A stretch of DNA of 64,000 bases from Candidatus Kapaibacterium sp. (GTDB lineage Bacteria; Bacteroidota; Ignavibacteria; Kapaibacteriales; UBA2268). Under the pieces are notes generated by a model. That model did no database searches. It saw only the letters and a list, made by a program, of their open reading frames with translations, and was not told the DNA's origin. The position numbers and the translations under genes were made by a program. The stretch is taken from positions 2,464,001 through 2,528,000 of the forward strand of contig OY761611.1 of NCBI GenBank assembly GCA_963664875.1, given 5' to 3'. Below are positions 38,593-57,085 of this stretch, piece by piece. Position 1 is the first letter of the stretch, and the number at the start of each line of letters is the position of its first letter.

Positions 38593-41500
38593 TTAGTTCT
38601 GCCCAATGATATACCATTGAGTTCCATCGCTGATGATTTTGACGTATTTGAATCCTGCCAAATTTATTGGTAAATTACTATCATCTACTTGTTTACCATT
38701 AGCATTGAAGGTGACATCATGAGCATTGCTAATATTTTTAATCAAATAAGTTCTTCCAGTACGTAAAGAAGCGTCAGGCAAATTAATATTAACTATTGCT
38801 GCGTTAGTATTTACTAAAATTATATTATCATTTTCACCAATCATATAATTTGTCATGGACACAGACTCAATCTTAGTAACTCCATAACTCACAGAGCCAC
38901 CAATATTAACAGTTGAATTTGCATCAAGATTGGCAGTACTACCTGCAGTGAATACTGGGCCATCGTTGCCGTTAATACCATTGGATGCTCTTATAGTAGC
39001 CTCATCAGAATTGTTAGATGCAACTATAGAGTTAGCATTTTCGTTTTGGATATTAATACCTTGTGTTTGATCATGAGTAATTACTTCTATTCCCTGACCT
39101 TGATTTGCATTGTCACCGTCTTCAATATCAACAGTTAATCCAATTGGATTACCCGCTCCGGCAGACTCGTTTACATAAATAAGCATACCTTTCTGTGGAC
39201 CGTCGTGTTTTACAAAGCTTACATACTGATTATTTGTTGTCTTAGTATTTGCCGCCATTGAAGCAAATGCACTAACTGAAGAGTTTTGCAGAACACTCAA
39301 AATTATTTCTTGATCAGTTGAATTGGCTTCATTTTGTATGCGAACAACGTTATCACTGTTGCCTGTAGTATTGTCTTCAAATAGAGTTTTGCCGACAAAG
39401 CGACTATTCCCATCAACTTCAAACTTGGCAATTGGATTTTCTGTTCCAATACCAAAATATTTATTTGAATTTATAGTAGCAACGACATCACCCATGACAG
39501 AAAACTTCATTTTTTGTTGGTTGATAGGGAAATCTGTAATCTCAACTTTCGTTGATTTGTCTTCTGATTGTAATACTTTGAGAATTGTTGGTATCCAAGA
39601 ATTCTCGAGGTTGCTCCACATCAAAACTTCTTCATCATTAGGAGCATTTGCAGAAACTGCTCTACCTTGGATTTTACCGACTGTCGTATTTTTATAATCA
39701 CCAGTAATGTCACCTACAATTTGCTCAGAGCTAGTGAGGACTTCTTGATTAACATATTCTGTTCCGTTATACACTAGTGCATGATTTGAACCTAGTGTCG
39801 CCGGGTTTATTGTTAACGTTTGTCCTTGGATATTAGACAACTGCGTATTTTTATAATCACCGGTAACGTCACCTACAATTTGCTCAGAGTTAGTGAGAAC
39901 TTCTTGATTAACATATTCTGTTCCGTTATAAACTAGTGCATGATTTGAGCCTAGTGTCGCCGGGTTTATTGTTAACGTTTGTCCTTGGATATTAGACAAC
40001 TGCGTATTTTTATAATCACCGGTAACGTCACCTACAATTTGCTCAGAGCTAGTGAGAACTTCTTGATTAACATATTCTGTTCCGTTATAAACTAGTGCAT
40101 GATTTGAGCCTAGTGTCGCCGGGTTTATTGTTAACGTTTGTCCCTGGATTCTGGACAACTGCGTATTTTTATAATCACCGGTAACGTCACCTACAATTTG
40201 CTCAGAGCTAGTGAGAACTTCTTGATTAACATATTCTGTTCCGTTATAAACTAGTGCATGATTAGCACTTAGTGTCGCCGGGTTAATTGTTAACGATTGT
40301 CCCTGAATTCTTGCAACTGTAGGATTTGGATAGTTACCTCCTAAGTCTCCACCTGCCTGATCCCCATCCATTACTGATAGATTTACTTGTGTATCCACGT
40401 ATCCTTTAACTGCTTTTTCAGTAGGCAAATTAGCATTAGAATTTGCATTTAAAGTATTATCAACAGAAATAGTACTTACAGTTTGATTTGCTAAAGTCAA
40501 AGTACCGGAAACTTCCAAATTGTTTTGTACTTCTAAGTTTCCACCTTTTATGACAACATTTTGTGGGTTGTTGTTTTCTATATTATTGCCTACAACATCC
40601 CAGTTGCTTTGCTCGGTTAGAGATACCCAACCACCGTTTTTGTAAACTTCGAGATTGTTGTTTTTGTATTGAACAGTTCCTTCATTTGAATTATTTGCTT
40701 CGCCGACTATAATTGCACCGCTAACATCCAAGCGTTCTCTTGCTTTTCCATTGCTCAAATCGCCAATTTTTAAATTTTGAGTATTGCTAAAGTGTGCAGC
40801 AACTGTATTGTCAATTTCGACTCTGATTTCGTTATCATTTTCTATAGTAATTTTTGTATCGCCATCTGCATCTGTTATCTCAGACAAATCTATAGCAGCT
40901 ACTTTATTATCTACATAGCCTTGCACTGCACCTTGTGTAGGGATTACATTGTGACTAGCCCCAAGGTTGTCGTCAGAAGAAATAGTATTTACTCCAACTC
41001 CGTTTGCTAATTGCAATTCGCCTGAAATAAGAGCATTGTTAGCAACTATCAAATTGCCATTTTGTACTGTTACATCACCAAGATTTTTGTTGCGGATACC
41101 ATTGCCTACAGTCTCCCATTCGCTTGAAACAGTTAGCGATTTCCATCCTGTGCCATCATGCCCTTTAAAATCATTATCTTCATATTTGATTGTACCCGGA
41201 GTATCGTTTGAAGTACTACCTAATTTAATTGCACCGTTTACATCTAATTGCTCAACTGGCGAATTTGTATTTATACCTATCTTGCCGTTATCATCAATTA
41301 CCATTGCATCTATATCGTTAGCTTTAAAATAGATATGGTTGTCGTTATTGTTTCTGTCCACAGCAATTTCAGTATTGCCGTCATTGTCTATAATTTTTGC
41401 AGTTCGATTATAGGTATCAGTCCAAGCAAGATTGCCTGTTCCGTCATACTGCAATACAAGCCGGGAAGTTCCTGTTGGAGCGGCAAGCCAGTCCCAATTT

Positions 41501-43917
41501 CCTTCGTTATAAAATAAAAGACTATTGTCATTGGCTGTATTGCTTGTATTGATGTCATCTTCAATTATAGTTCCGTTGAGAATCTTTTCTGAATTTACAG
41601 CACCTTCAGCAATAGTCGGGTTCGGATAAATACCTGACAAATCGCCACCTGCTTCACCGTTTATTACTTCTGTGAAGGACTTCCATTGAGTACCGTCGAA
41701 ACCTTGGAAATCAACACCGTCGTATCTGATTGTTCCGGCATTTGCAGTAGCTGTTATGCCTACTCTAATACCACCGTTTACATCGAGTTTTTCGAGTGGA
41801 GTTTCTGTACCAATTCCTACTTTGCCTACATTTCTGTTTACTATGTCAGCACCGGAAACTTGCCATGCAGGAGATTTTGTAAGCGATTCCCAGCCATTGT
41901 CGGTTCTTCCTTCGAAATCGTTCCCGTTGAAACGAATTGTGCCGTTAACTGCATTATAAGAAGCGCCAATTTTAACTGCACCGTTCACATCTAACATTTC
42001 TTCCGGATTTTCTACACCTAAGCCAGTCCAACCGGCAACTGTAAGATTGCCGCTTACATGCATATCACCTTCCAAATCTAATAAATTTGGATTTTCTACA
42101 GATGGTGGGTTAATAATTACATGGTTGCCTGTTTCAGTACCGACAATGATTTTTTCAGTACCCACTAAAGTAGAAGCACTGACCGTACTATTGGCTCTGA
42201 TATCGCCATAAGTTTTGATTGCAGTTCTGTTTGTACTTGAGTGATAATTTCTTACTACAAGCACAGCGTCGTCTATATCGTTTGGATCACTAATTCCAAC
42301 ATTGTTTTCTGAGCTTCCTTCTAAGTATAAAGTTCTGCCTTCTCCGAAGTTTTTAATTTCTGCAACATATTTTCCGGTGCCTACAGAATTGCTTATTGCT
42401 TCAAATGCATTACCGTATCCGCTATTGTGTACAGAAAGTGTTGGCGCAGTATTACTACTATTGCTGGCTAGTATTGCATTGCCTTTTTCAGTTTCAATTC
42501 TGACACCAACGGCATCGCCTTTTGCAATTGCAGCAACAGCATTGTCATTAGAACCTAAACCTTCAGTGTAAGCCAAAAGTCCTGTATTTGATGATTCAGG
42601 TAGGCTATGTACTATTTCAGTTCTGTCGCCTGAAATTGCAGCGATACCAATATTCATTTTCCCTTGCTCAGCTCTTGCAATAGCACCTATGGAGACGCCA
42701 TCATCAGAATAAGAATAAAAGTTTGCAGCAGTATGGATTGCATTCTCATCTGCATTAGTAACTATATTTTCTGTTTTTAGAGAGTGAGTATTATATCCAT
42801 TGTCATTGTCAACTTTATGAGAGATGTATGTTGAAACGGCATCTCCGTTGTCAAGATTTGTTGATTCTGTCTCTACTCTCACTGCACCTCCTGCAAGACT
42901 TCCTTTGCTGTCTTTTTTGACTAATACTGCAGGCATATTCTTTCCGCCGCCTTCTACATAGAGAGCATTCCCTGCATCTTCCAAAGGTACTTTGACGCTG
43001 ATGCCGTTGCCGCCTTTGTCAGTTTTTTCGAGGGAAATCATGTCTTGGCCTTTCGATTCGCCTTTATATGCAAACGGAATAGTCATTTCGTCGTTTTGCC
43101 ATGAGACTTTACCTTCTTCTCCGTCCCATTTGAGTACTTGACCATTCACAGGTTCAACACTAGAATCTGAAAGAATCCACTGTTTTGAGTCAGAGTCATA
43201 ATACATGATTTGTGCTCTTGCGGTGCCGGGAGCAAGTTTAGTAACATCTATGCTAGCTTCGGCAATTTTTTCAGAAGTAATTGCCGATGTGGCTATTTTT
43301 GAACTTGTTACTGAACTGTCCTGAAGATTGCTTGTTGCAATTGCATTCAAATCTATTTTATCGTTAGTAATTGCTTTGTTAGCAATCTTAAGATTAGTAA
43401 CCGCACCAGCTGCTATAGCAGGATTTGGATATGTCCCTGTCAAATCGCCACCGGCTGGTCCTTCAGGCTCTAAGCTAATATCATCAGAGAGTTTCTCACG
43501 TGTTATTGATTTATCAGGTACTTCCTGAGCCATTTTAGCTACGTCCGCATTCATTGTGTGAATAGCATACGGAACTGCAGAAAGTGGAGTTCTTGGATAT
43601 GGGTCGCCTGTGCCGAGAGTAACCTGCAACCAATATTGCTTGTCAAATGGAAGATTTATCGGACTATTTGAGCCAAGGTAAACATTGATGTATCCATCAA
43701 CTACAGCTACGTTCCTAACTTCAATCCATAAAGGAGAGCCCCCTGTAGGTACGTCAAATAGTTCGAAAGTGATGCCTTGTGCATCTGTGATAGGGTCATT
43801 GCTTTCGTCAACAATATAGCCCTGATAATTGATGATTTTCTGATACTGAGCGTTCAGGTTTTCTACACTACAAAGTAAAATTGCAAGTAGAAAGCTAAGT
43901 GCAATAAATTTCTTCAT
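38593..43917 (-). CDS. Large secreted tail-fibre/adhesin-like repeat protein (1774 aa)
   Basis: Signal peptide, N-terminal INYQG...LSAVPYA domain, GGDL.G.YPNP motifs, repeated GIG...E.LDVNGAI.G units, C-terminal LP.A...GRTY.IK...SDGTQWY module typical of fibre tips. Confidence 0.75.
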   Translation of the reverse strand: MKKFIALSFLLAILLCSVENLNAQYQKIINYQGYIVDESNDPITDAQGITFELFDVPTGGSPLWIEVRNVAVVDGYINVYLGSNSPINLPFDKQYWLQVTLGTGDPYPRTPLSAVPYAIHTMNADVAKMAQEVPDKSITREKLSDDISLEPEGPAGGDLTGTYPNPAIAAGAVTNLKIANKAITNDKIDLNAIATSNLQDSSVTSSKIATSAITSEKIAEASIDVTKLAPGTARAQIMYYDSDSKQWILSDSSVEPVNGQVLKWDGEEGKVSWQNDEMTIPFAYKGESKGQDMISLEKTDKGGNGISVKVPLEDAGNALYVEGGGKNMPAVLVKKDSKGSLAGGAVRVETESTNLDNGDAVSTYISHKVDNDNGYNTHSLKTENIVTNADENAIHTAANFYSYSDDGVSIGAIARAEQGKMNIGIAAISGDRTEIVHSLPESSNTGLLAYTEGLGSNDNAVAAIAKGDAVGVRIETEKGNAILASNSSNTAPTLSVHNSGYGNAFEAISNSVGTGKYVAEIKNFGEGRTLYLEGSSENNVGISDPNDIDDAVLVVRNYHSSTNRTAIKTYGDIRANSTVSASTLVGTEKIIVGTETGNHVIINPPSVENPNLLDLEGDMHVSGNLTVAGWTGLGVENPEEMLDVNGAVKIGASYNAVNGTIRFNGNDFEGRTDNGWESLTKSPAWQVSGADIVNRNVGKVGIGTETPLEKLDVNGGIRVGITATANAGTIRYDGVDFQGFDGTQWKSFTEVINGEAGGDLSGIYPNPTIAEGAVNSEKILNGTIIEDDINTSNTANDNSLLFYNEGNWDWLAAPTGTSRLVLQYDGTGNLAWTDTYNRTAKIIDNDGNTEIAVDRNNNDNHIYFKANDIDAMVIDDNGKIGINTNSPVEQLDVNGAIKLGSTSNDTPGTIKYEDNDFKGHDGTGWKSLTVSSEWETVGNGIRNKNLGDVTVQNGNLIVANNALISGELQLANGVGVNTISSDDNLGASHNVIPTQGAVQGYVDNKVAAIDLSEITDADGDTKITIENDNEIRVEIDNTVAAHFSNTQNLKIGDLSNGKARERLDVSGAIIVGEANNSNEGTVQYKNNNLEVYKNGGWVSLTEQSNWDVVGNNIENNNPQNVVIKGGNLEVQNNLEVSGTLTLANQTVSTISVDNTLNANSNANLPTEKAVKGYVDTQVNLSVMDGDQAGGDLGGNYPNPTVARIQGQSLTINPATLSANHALVYNGTEYVNQEVLTSSEQIVGDVTGDYKNTQLSRIQGQTLTINPATLGSNHALVYNGTEYVNQEVLTSSEQIVGDVTGDYKNTQLSNIQGQTLTINPATLGSNHALVYNGTEYVNQEVLTNSEQIVGDVTGDYKNTQLSNIQGQTLTINPATLGSNHALVYNGTEYVNQEVLTSSEQIVGDITGDYKNTTVGKIQGRAVSANAPNDEEVLMWSNLENSWIPTILKVLQSEDKSTKVEITDFPINQQKMKFSVMGDVVATINSNKYFGIGTENPIAKFEVDGNSRFVGKTLFEDNTTGNSDNVVRIQNEANSTDQEIILSVLQNSSVSAFASMAANTKTTNNQYVSFVKHDGPQKGMLIYVNESAGAGNPIGLTVDIEDGDNANQGQGIEVITHDQTQGINIQNENANSIVASNNSDEATIRASNGINGNDGPVFTAGSTANLDANSTVNIGGSVSYGVTKIESVSMTNYMIGENDNIILVNTNAAIVNINLPDASLRTGRTYLIKNISNAHDVTFNANGKQVDDSNLPINLAGFKYVKIISDGTQWYIIGQN
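39665..40309 (-). repeat. Four near-identical 159-bp (53-aa) tandem repeats inside the fibre gene
   Basis: ATAATCACC recurs at 39694, 39853, 40012 and 40171 (period 159). Unit IQGQTLTINPATLGSNHALVYNGTEYVNQEVLTSSEQIVGDVTGDYKNTQLSN. Confidence 0.97.
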
Positions 43918-44158
43918 CGGAAACTCCGTGATAAATTATATTAAATTTGATTTCTTCTTATCTTTTTGCTGCTAAAAGCACTTAGTCGTTTATCAATCAA
44001 ATATTATACCAAAAAACAGGGATGCGATTGCTTATGATGTTAAGCAGATAGATATGCCTCATTCAGAATATACCAAATGCGAAGCTGGGAATAGTGATTT
44101 TTGATTATAAAGAGTTATGGGATGTAGTTTGAAAAGGAATAAAGAGAATAGATCTTAT

Positions 44159-44683
44159 TTATCGCACATAATTATCTATGAAATGCCTGAAAGAGCTGTT
44201 CTTTTCAGTTGCAGTTCTAACCGAATAGTTCTTAAGAAGTTCTCTCATAAAATCAATTCTTGAGCGCGATATCTGATGATAAAGTTGATTGAAATCTTCT
44301 TTAGTAATAAGCTCGGAATTAAGTATCTCGGGAAGACGCATTGCCAGCATCAAATCATCTGGGAATCCGGCTATGTACCAACTTTCGATTTCGTGGATAA
44401 CAATAGAAATTCTATTATCTTCAAGATTATTAAAGGAATAGTGTACTCGTTTCTTTTTACTTCCTACAGTAGGTTCATCATCAAGATCCGCAGTAAAAAT
44501 ATAGTCAAACTGCAGAGTTTTTATAGAATTGATAAAGTTATTTACCTTTTCTTTTTTCCACTGGGCATATTTGAATATTTCAACATCGTTGTACTTTTTG
44601 TACATAAGAGGGACTATAACGTGCTTGAAGAAACGCTCGTCATCGTTGCCTTCGACAAATATATATAACTTATTGAGTTTCAT
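44159..44683 (-). CDS. Small TOPRIM-fold protein (DUF4276/DUF4435-like putative nuclease)
   Basis: LYIFVEGNDD (TOPRIM Glu), ADLD (DxD), EIESWY motif. Confidence 0.8.
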   Translation of the reverse strand: MKLNKLYIFVEGNDDERFFKHVIVPLMYKKYNDVEIFKYAQWKKEKVNNFINSIKTLQFDYIFTADLDDEPTVGSKKKRVHYSFNNLEDNRISIVIHEIESWYIAGFPDDLMLAMRLPEILNSELITKEDFNQLYHQISRSRIDFMRELLKNYSVRTATEKNSSFRHFIDNYVR

Positions 44684-45963
44684 TATTTAAGCAGATTTTG
44701 AATGTATAATTCTTCGATTCCGATTTCATTTTGCATAAAAGCCATAATCTCCTTCTTGTTGTGCAAATGTGATATAGTCGAATATCCTTCAGCATCGCGA
44801 TTGATAAACATAATGTTTTTCAATCCGGCATATTTAACAATCTCTGGATTATGAGTACTCAAAATGATTTGTTTGTGTGCAGTGGCATCCTGCATCATAT
44901 CTATAATTTTAGATATAAGATATGGGTGAATGCGTCTTCCGGCTTCCTCAAAAAAAGCTATTGGTTTGTTTTCAAAATAGAGTGCTATAATGATAAGTAT
45001 CACATAGACTGTACCGTCTGACATTAGAGATGCGGGTATAGGTCGCTCAGTAGAATATTTTTCTTTTAAAGTAATCTGCAGATATCTATCGAGAAATTTC
45101 TCCACTTCCAAATCTTCAACAAATGGCAAAACATCTTGAATCAGATTGAAAAGCATTCGTGTTTTTTCTTCGTCTTTTAAGATTTTTCGTAAAACAATCG
45201 CAAGATTTTCTCCATTCTCTTCCAGTTCGGCTTTGCCTGTGATTGTCGATGCTTGTTTTGGACGCTGAGGGTCGAAATCATAAATACATAAATCGCCGAG
45301 TGCCTGGCGAACACTCTGCGGATGGTGCATATAGTATTGCTTTTCTATAAACAAAGTTTGCAATGGTCTTTCTTCATCAAAATAGCTTTGAAAGTCCATA
45401 AATAGAGATGGAAATACTTCTGCTTTGCTTACCGGCACAGATTTATCCTTTTTGAAATCAATTTCGAATTTGCCTAATATATTAGATATAAGCAAACTAC
45501 CTGACCCAATTTTATTTTCTTCTGTCAACTTGTCGTTTTTGTGAATGGTTTCGTAAAAATCGAATGTTTGCATCAATAAATCTTCTTCGACCATGAATTC
45601 GAGACCTTGCTTGTTGAAAGAAATCTTGAACTCATTGGAAAAAGAAGTAGGTTTCATGATTATATGTCCAATATCTCCTGTCTTCAAACTACGGTAAGCT
45701 GAAAATGGTTCTATATCTACTCGAAGTCTCAAATAGTCATCTATTGACTGCTTATTTATGTTGCGCAAATACTCACCACCTCCTTGAAGAGATATAGCAT
45801 TTTCAAGGCCATATACAACTATATCACGTAGAAAGCGAAAAGCTTTGATAAAATTAGATTTGCCGGCAGCATTAGGTCCAATTAGGACATTGAACTGTCT
45901 AAAATCAACTTTCATGTGTCTGTAGCTTTTGAAATTTTCTACTTCTAAGGATTTGATTTTCAT
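44683..45963 (-). CDS. ABC-type ATPase (AAA_15/AAA_21-like)
   Basis: IKSLEVENFKSY, Walker A GPNAAGKS, signature MSDGT, Walker B AFFEE, H-loop STHNP. Start reassigned to ATG at 45963; stop overlaps the next ATG. Confidence 0.9.
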   Translation of the reverse strand: MKIKSLEVENFKSYRHMKVDFRQFNVLIGPNAAGKSNFIKAFRFLRDIVVYGLENAISLQGGGEYLRNINKQSIDDYLRLRVDIEPFSAYRSLKTGDIGHIIMKPTSFSNEFKISFNKQGLEFMVEEDLLMQTFDFYETIHKNDKLTEENKIGSGSLLISNILGKFEIDFKKDKSVPVSKAEVFPSLFMDFQSYFDEERPLQTLFIEKQYYMHHPQSVRQALGDLCIYDFDPQRPKQASTITGKAELEENGENLAIVLRKILKDEEKTRMLFNLIQDVLPFVEDLEVEKFLDRYLQITLKEKYSTERPIPASLMSDGTVYVILIIIALYFENKPIAFFEEAGRRIHPYLISKIIDMMQDATAHKQIILSTHNPEIVKYAGLKNIMFINRDAEGYSTISHLHNKKEIMAFMQNEIGIEELYIQNLLK

Positions 45964-46312
45964 AACAGACCTATACAGTATATAGATGAATATTGTGAGC
46001 ATGGATTAAAGCATAACTTCGAATATGTAGCATCTAAATTCAATTTTAAGTTCAAATATAGAGCACTATAAAATCGAGCATGATTAAAACAGTCCAATAT
46101 TATGATAATAAAAGCAAAAATGCAAGCCAAATATCTACAAATAAGATATTATATGAACATACAAGATAGTATTAAGAAAGACCTATCGAAATAGAAAGCA
46201 GATATTTATAATAATCTGCATCATATAATGTATGGGTATAACAAATGGGAACTATTTGTTGTACTTTATAGTCAAAAAGGGTTTAAAAAACGCAGAAAAA
46301 GTCAAAAAAAAG

Positions 46313-46344
46313 CTTGCACAGAAAAGGGAAAAAGGATATATTTG
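46313..46344 (+). promoter_or_regulatory. rrn promoter P1 (Bacteroidota-type -33/-7)
   Basis: CTTG-N20-TATATTTG preceded by A-tracts. Confidence 0.7.
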
Positions 46345-46425
46345 TATCCCTTAAGAAATGAGGGCAGAAGTTAACAGTTCTTTTACAAATCTCTTAGAGC
46401 AGGCGAAAAAAAGTTGAAAAAAACA

Positions 46426-46457
46426 TTTGGTGTTTGTTGAGAGATTTCGTAATTTTG
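46426..46457 (+). promoter_or_regulatory. rrn promoter P2 (Bacteroidota-type -33/-7)
   Basis: TTTG-N20-TAATTTTG preceded by A-tracts. Confidence 0.8.
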
Positions 46458-46554
46458 TGTCCCCTTGAAAACGGGGTGATGTTAAGAGTTCTTTTCGGTG
46501 ATGCGCGAGATCAAACTTCAGCACTATGAGGCGGAAAAAAATCGAAAAATAAAA

Positions 46555-46586
46555 TTTGGAGATTTAAAAAAAAGTCCGTAGTTTTG
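46555..46586 (+). promoter_or_regulatory. rrn promoter P3 (Bacteroidota-type -33/-7)
   Basis: TTTG-N20-TAGTTTTG preceded by A-tracts. Confidence 0.8.
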
Positions 46587-46741
46587 AATTCTGTCCCGCG
46601 ATGAAGGGAAAGAAAAGACGTTCTAAGAAAGCAGGTAATGAAGGCGAGTTAATATTGAAGAGGCTGATTAAGTTTTTAAATATTAATTTGTGAAGAACAG
46701 AAAAAGTTCTTAATTTTGAACTTGCAATTGAATGCGAATCG

Positions 46742-46754
46742 GCGTTCTTTGAAA
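46742..46754 (+). promoter_or_regulatory. boxA-like antitermination element in rrn leader
   Basis: GCGTTCTTTGAAA directly upstream of the 16S processing arm. A second boxA-like GTTATTTGACA lies in the ITS near 48611. Confidence 0.6.
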
Positions 46755-46845
46755 ACAGGAAGCACAGTCAATTAAAAAGAGTAAAACAATTTTTGTGATC
46801 AAACTCACAAGCAAATAAACAGAGAATAACAATTCTTTATATAAA

Positions 46846-48340
<1,495 letters not shown>

Positions 48341-48397
48341 CAAGAGTACTTTATAATTGACGTGCTTCCTATTTTTTGAGAATGCATGAGAGACTAT

Positions 48398-48471
<74 letters not shown>

Positions 48472-48485
48472 CATATGCGAAATCA

Positions 48486-48558
48486 GGGTCTATAGCTCAA
48501 CTGGGAGAGCGCCGGCTTTGCAAGCCGGAGGTTAGCGGTTCGATCCCGCTTAGATCCA
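48486..48558 (+). tRNA. tRNA-Ala(TGC)
   Basis: GGGTCTA/TAGATCC acceptor stem with G3:U70, anticodon loop TTTGCAA. CCA not encoded. Confidence 0.97.
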
Positions 48559-48757
48559 CAAACAATGGATGCTAAGCGCATTCCTGTAAGAAAATTTACA
48601 AAATTGAAAAGTTATTTGACAATTAAGGTGTTACTGCCCATACAAAGGCAGTAAAGTAAAATACAATAGAGCCAAAAGTATCTGCAAAGATATAAATGTA
48701 AGTATGAAACTTAATAATTTGCGTCGAAGAGATTAGTATAACAACTCAAAACTAATT

Positions 48758-51573
<2,816 letters not shown>

Positions 51574-51700
51574 TAATAATAGTTTTGAGTTGTTATACCA
51601 ATCTCTTTAGACTTACAAATTATTATATTGTTTCATCTCTTACTTCTATTATACTTTTGCTCTATATAATACGTATTTTACTTCCTTATATAAATCTTTT

Positions 51701-51816
51701 TCCGGTGGCTATGGCACAGGGGCTACACCTCTTCCCTTTCCGAACAGAGTAGTTAAGACCTGTTGCGCCGATGGTACTGCGTGGGTGACTGCGTGGAAGA
51801 GTAGGTCGCTGCCGGA
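51701..51816 (+). rRNA. rrf: 5S rRNA (operon 1)
   Basis: TCCGGTGGC...CCGAAC...GCCGATGGTACT...AGTAGGTCGCTGCCGGA. Confidence 0.97.
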
Positions 51817-51833
51817 TTCTAATATTGAGAATT

Positions 51834-51868
51834 AACCCTTCTCACTTCAAAAGTGATAAGGGTTTTTT
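51834..51868 (+). terminator. Terminator of rRNA operon 1
   Basis: AACCCTTCTCACTT ... AAGTGATAAGGGTT followed by a T run. Confidence 0.8.
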
Positions 51869-51939
51869 ACTCTAAAGCAAGCATCTCACGCGAGATCAAA
51901 CTTCAGCACTATGAGGCGGAAAAAAATCGAAAAATAAAA

Positions 51940-51971
51940 TTTGGAGATTTAAAAAAAAGTCCGTAGTTTTG
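51940..51971 (+). promoter_or_regulatory. rrn promoter (P3 copy) of operon 2
   Basis: TTTG-N20-TAGTTTTG, the only promoter of the three retained in the duplicated unit. Confidence 0.75.
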
Positions 51972-52230
51972 AATTCTGTCCCGCGATGAAGGGAAAGAAA
52001 AGACGTTCTAAGAAAGCAGGTAATGAAGGCGAGTTAATATTGAAGAGGCTGATTAAGTTTTTAAATATTAATTTGTGAAGAACAGAAAAAGTTCTTAATT
52101 TTGAACTTGCAATTGAATGCGAATCGGCGTTCTTTGAAAACAGGAAGCACAGTCAATTAAAAAGAGTAAAACAATTTTTGTGATCAAACTCACAAGCAAA
52201 TAAACAGAGAATAACAATTCTTTATATAAA

Positions 52231-53725
<1,495 letters not shown>

Positions 53726-53782
53726 CAAGAGTACTTTATAATTGACGTGCTTCCTATTTTTTGAGAATGCATGAGAGACTAT

Positions 53783-53856
<74 letters not shown>

Positions 53857-53870
53857 CATATGCGAAATCA

Positions 53871-53943
53871 GGGTCTATAGCTCAACTGGGAGAGCGCCGG
53901 CTTTGCAAGCCGGAGGTTAGCGGTTCGATCCCGCTTAGATCCA
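53871..53943 (+). tRNA. tRNA-Ala(TGC)
   Basis: Same as 48486-48558. Confidence 0.97.
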
Positions 53944-54142
53944 CAAACAATGGATGCTAAGCGCATTCCTGTAAGAAAATTTACAAAATTGAAAAGTTAT
54001 TTGACAATTAAGGTGTTACTGCCCATACAAAGGCAGTAAAGTAAAATACAATAGAGCCAAAAGTATCTGCAAAGATATAAATGTAAGTATGAAACTTAAT
54101 AATTTGCGTCGAAGAGATTAGTATAACAACTCAAAACTAATT

Positions 54143-56957
<2,815 letters not shown>

Positions 56958-57085
56958 TAATAATAGTTTTGAGTTGTTATACCAATCTCTTTAGACTTAA
57001 AAATTATTATATTGTTTCATCTCTTACTTCTATTATACTTTTGCTCTATATATTACGTATTTTACTTCCTTATATAAATCTTTTT

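Noticed and set aside
39665-40309. Regular repeats as a possible CRISPR array or DGR template
   Set aside because: Contiguous in-frame 159-bp units with no unique spacers, and no cas or reverse transcriptase genes in the window.
38593-43917. Prophage
   Set aside because: The fibre-like gene has a signal peptide and there are no capsid, terminase, tail or integrase genes nearby.
44159-44683. RNase M5 (5S maturation), suggested by the TOPRIM fold and rRNA adjacency
   Set aside because: It is coupled to an ABC ATPase and has the EIESWY motif of DUF4276/OLD-like TOPRIMs; adjacency alone is not evidence.
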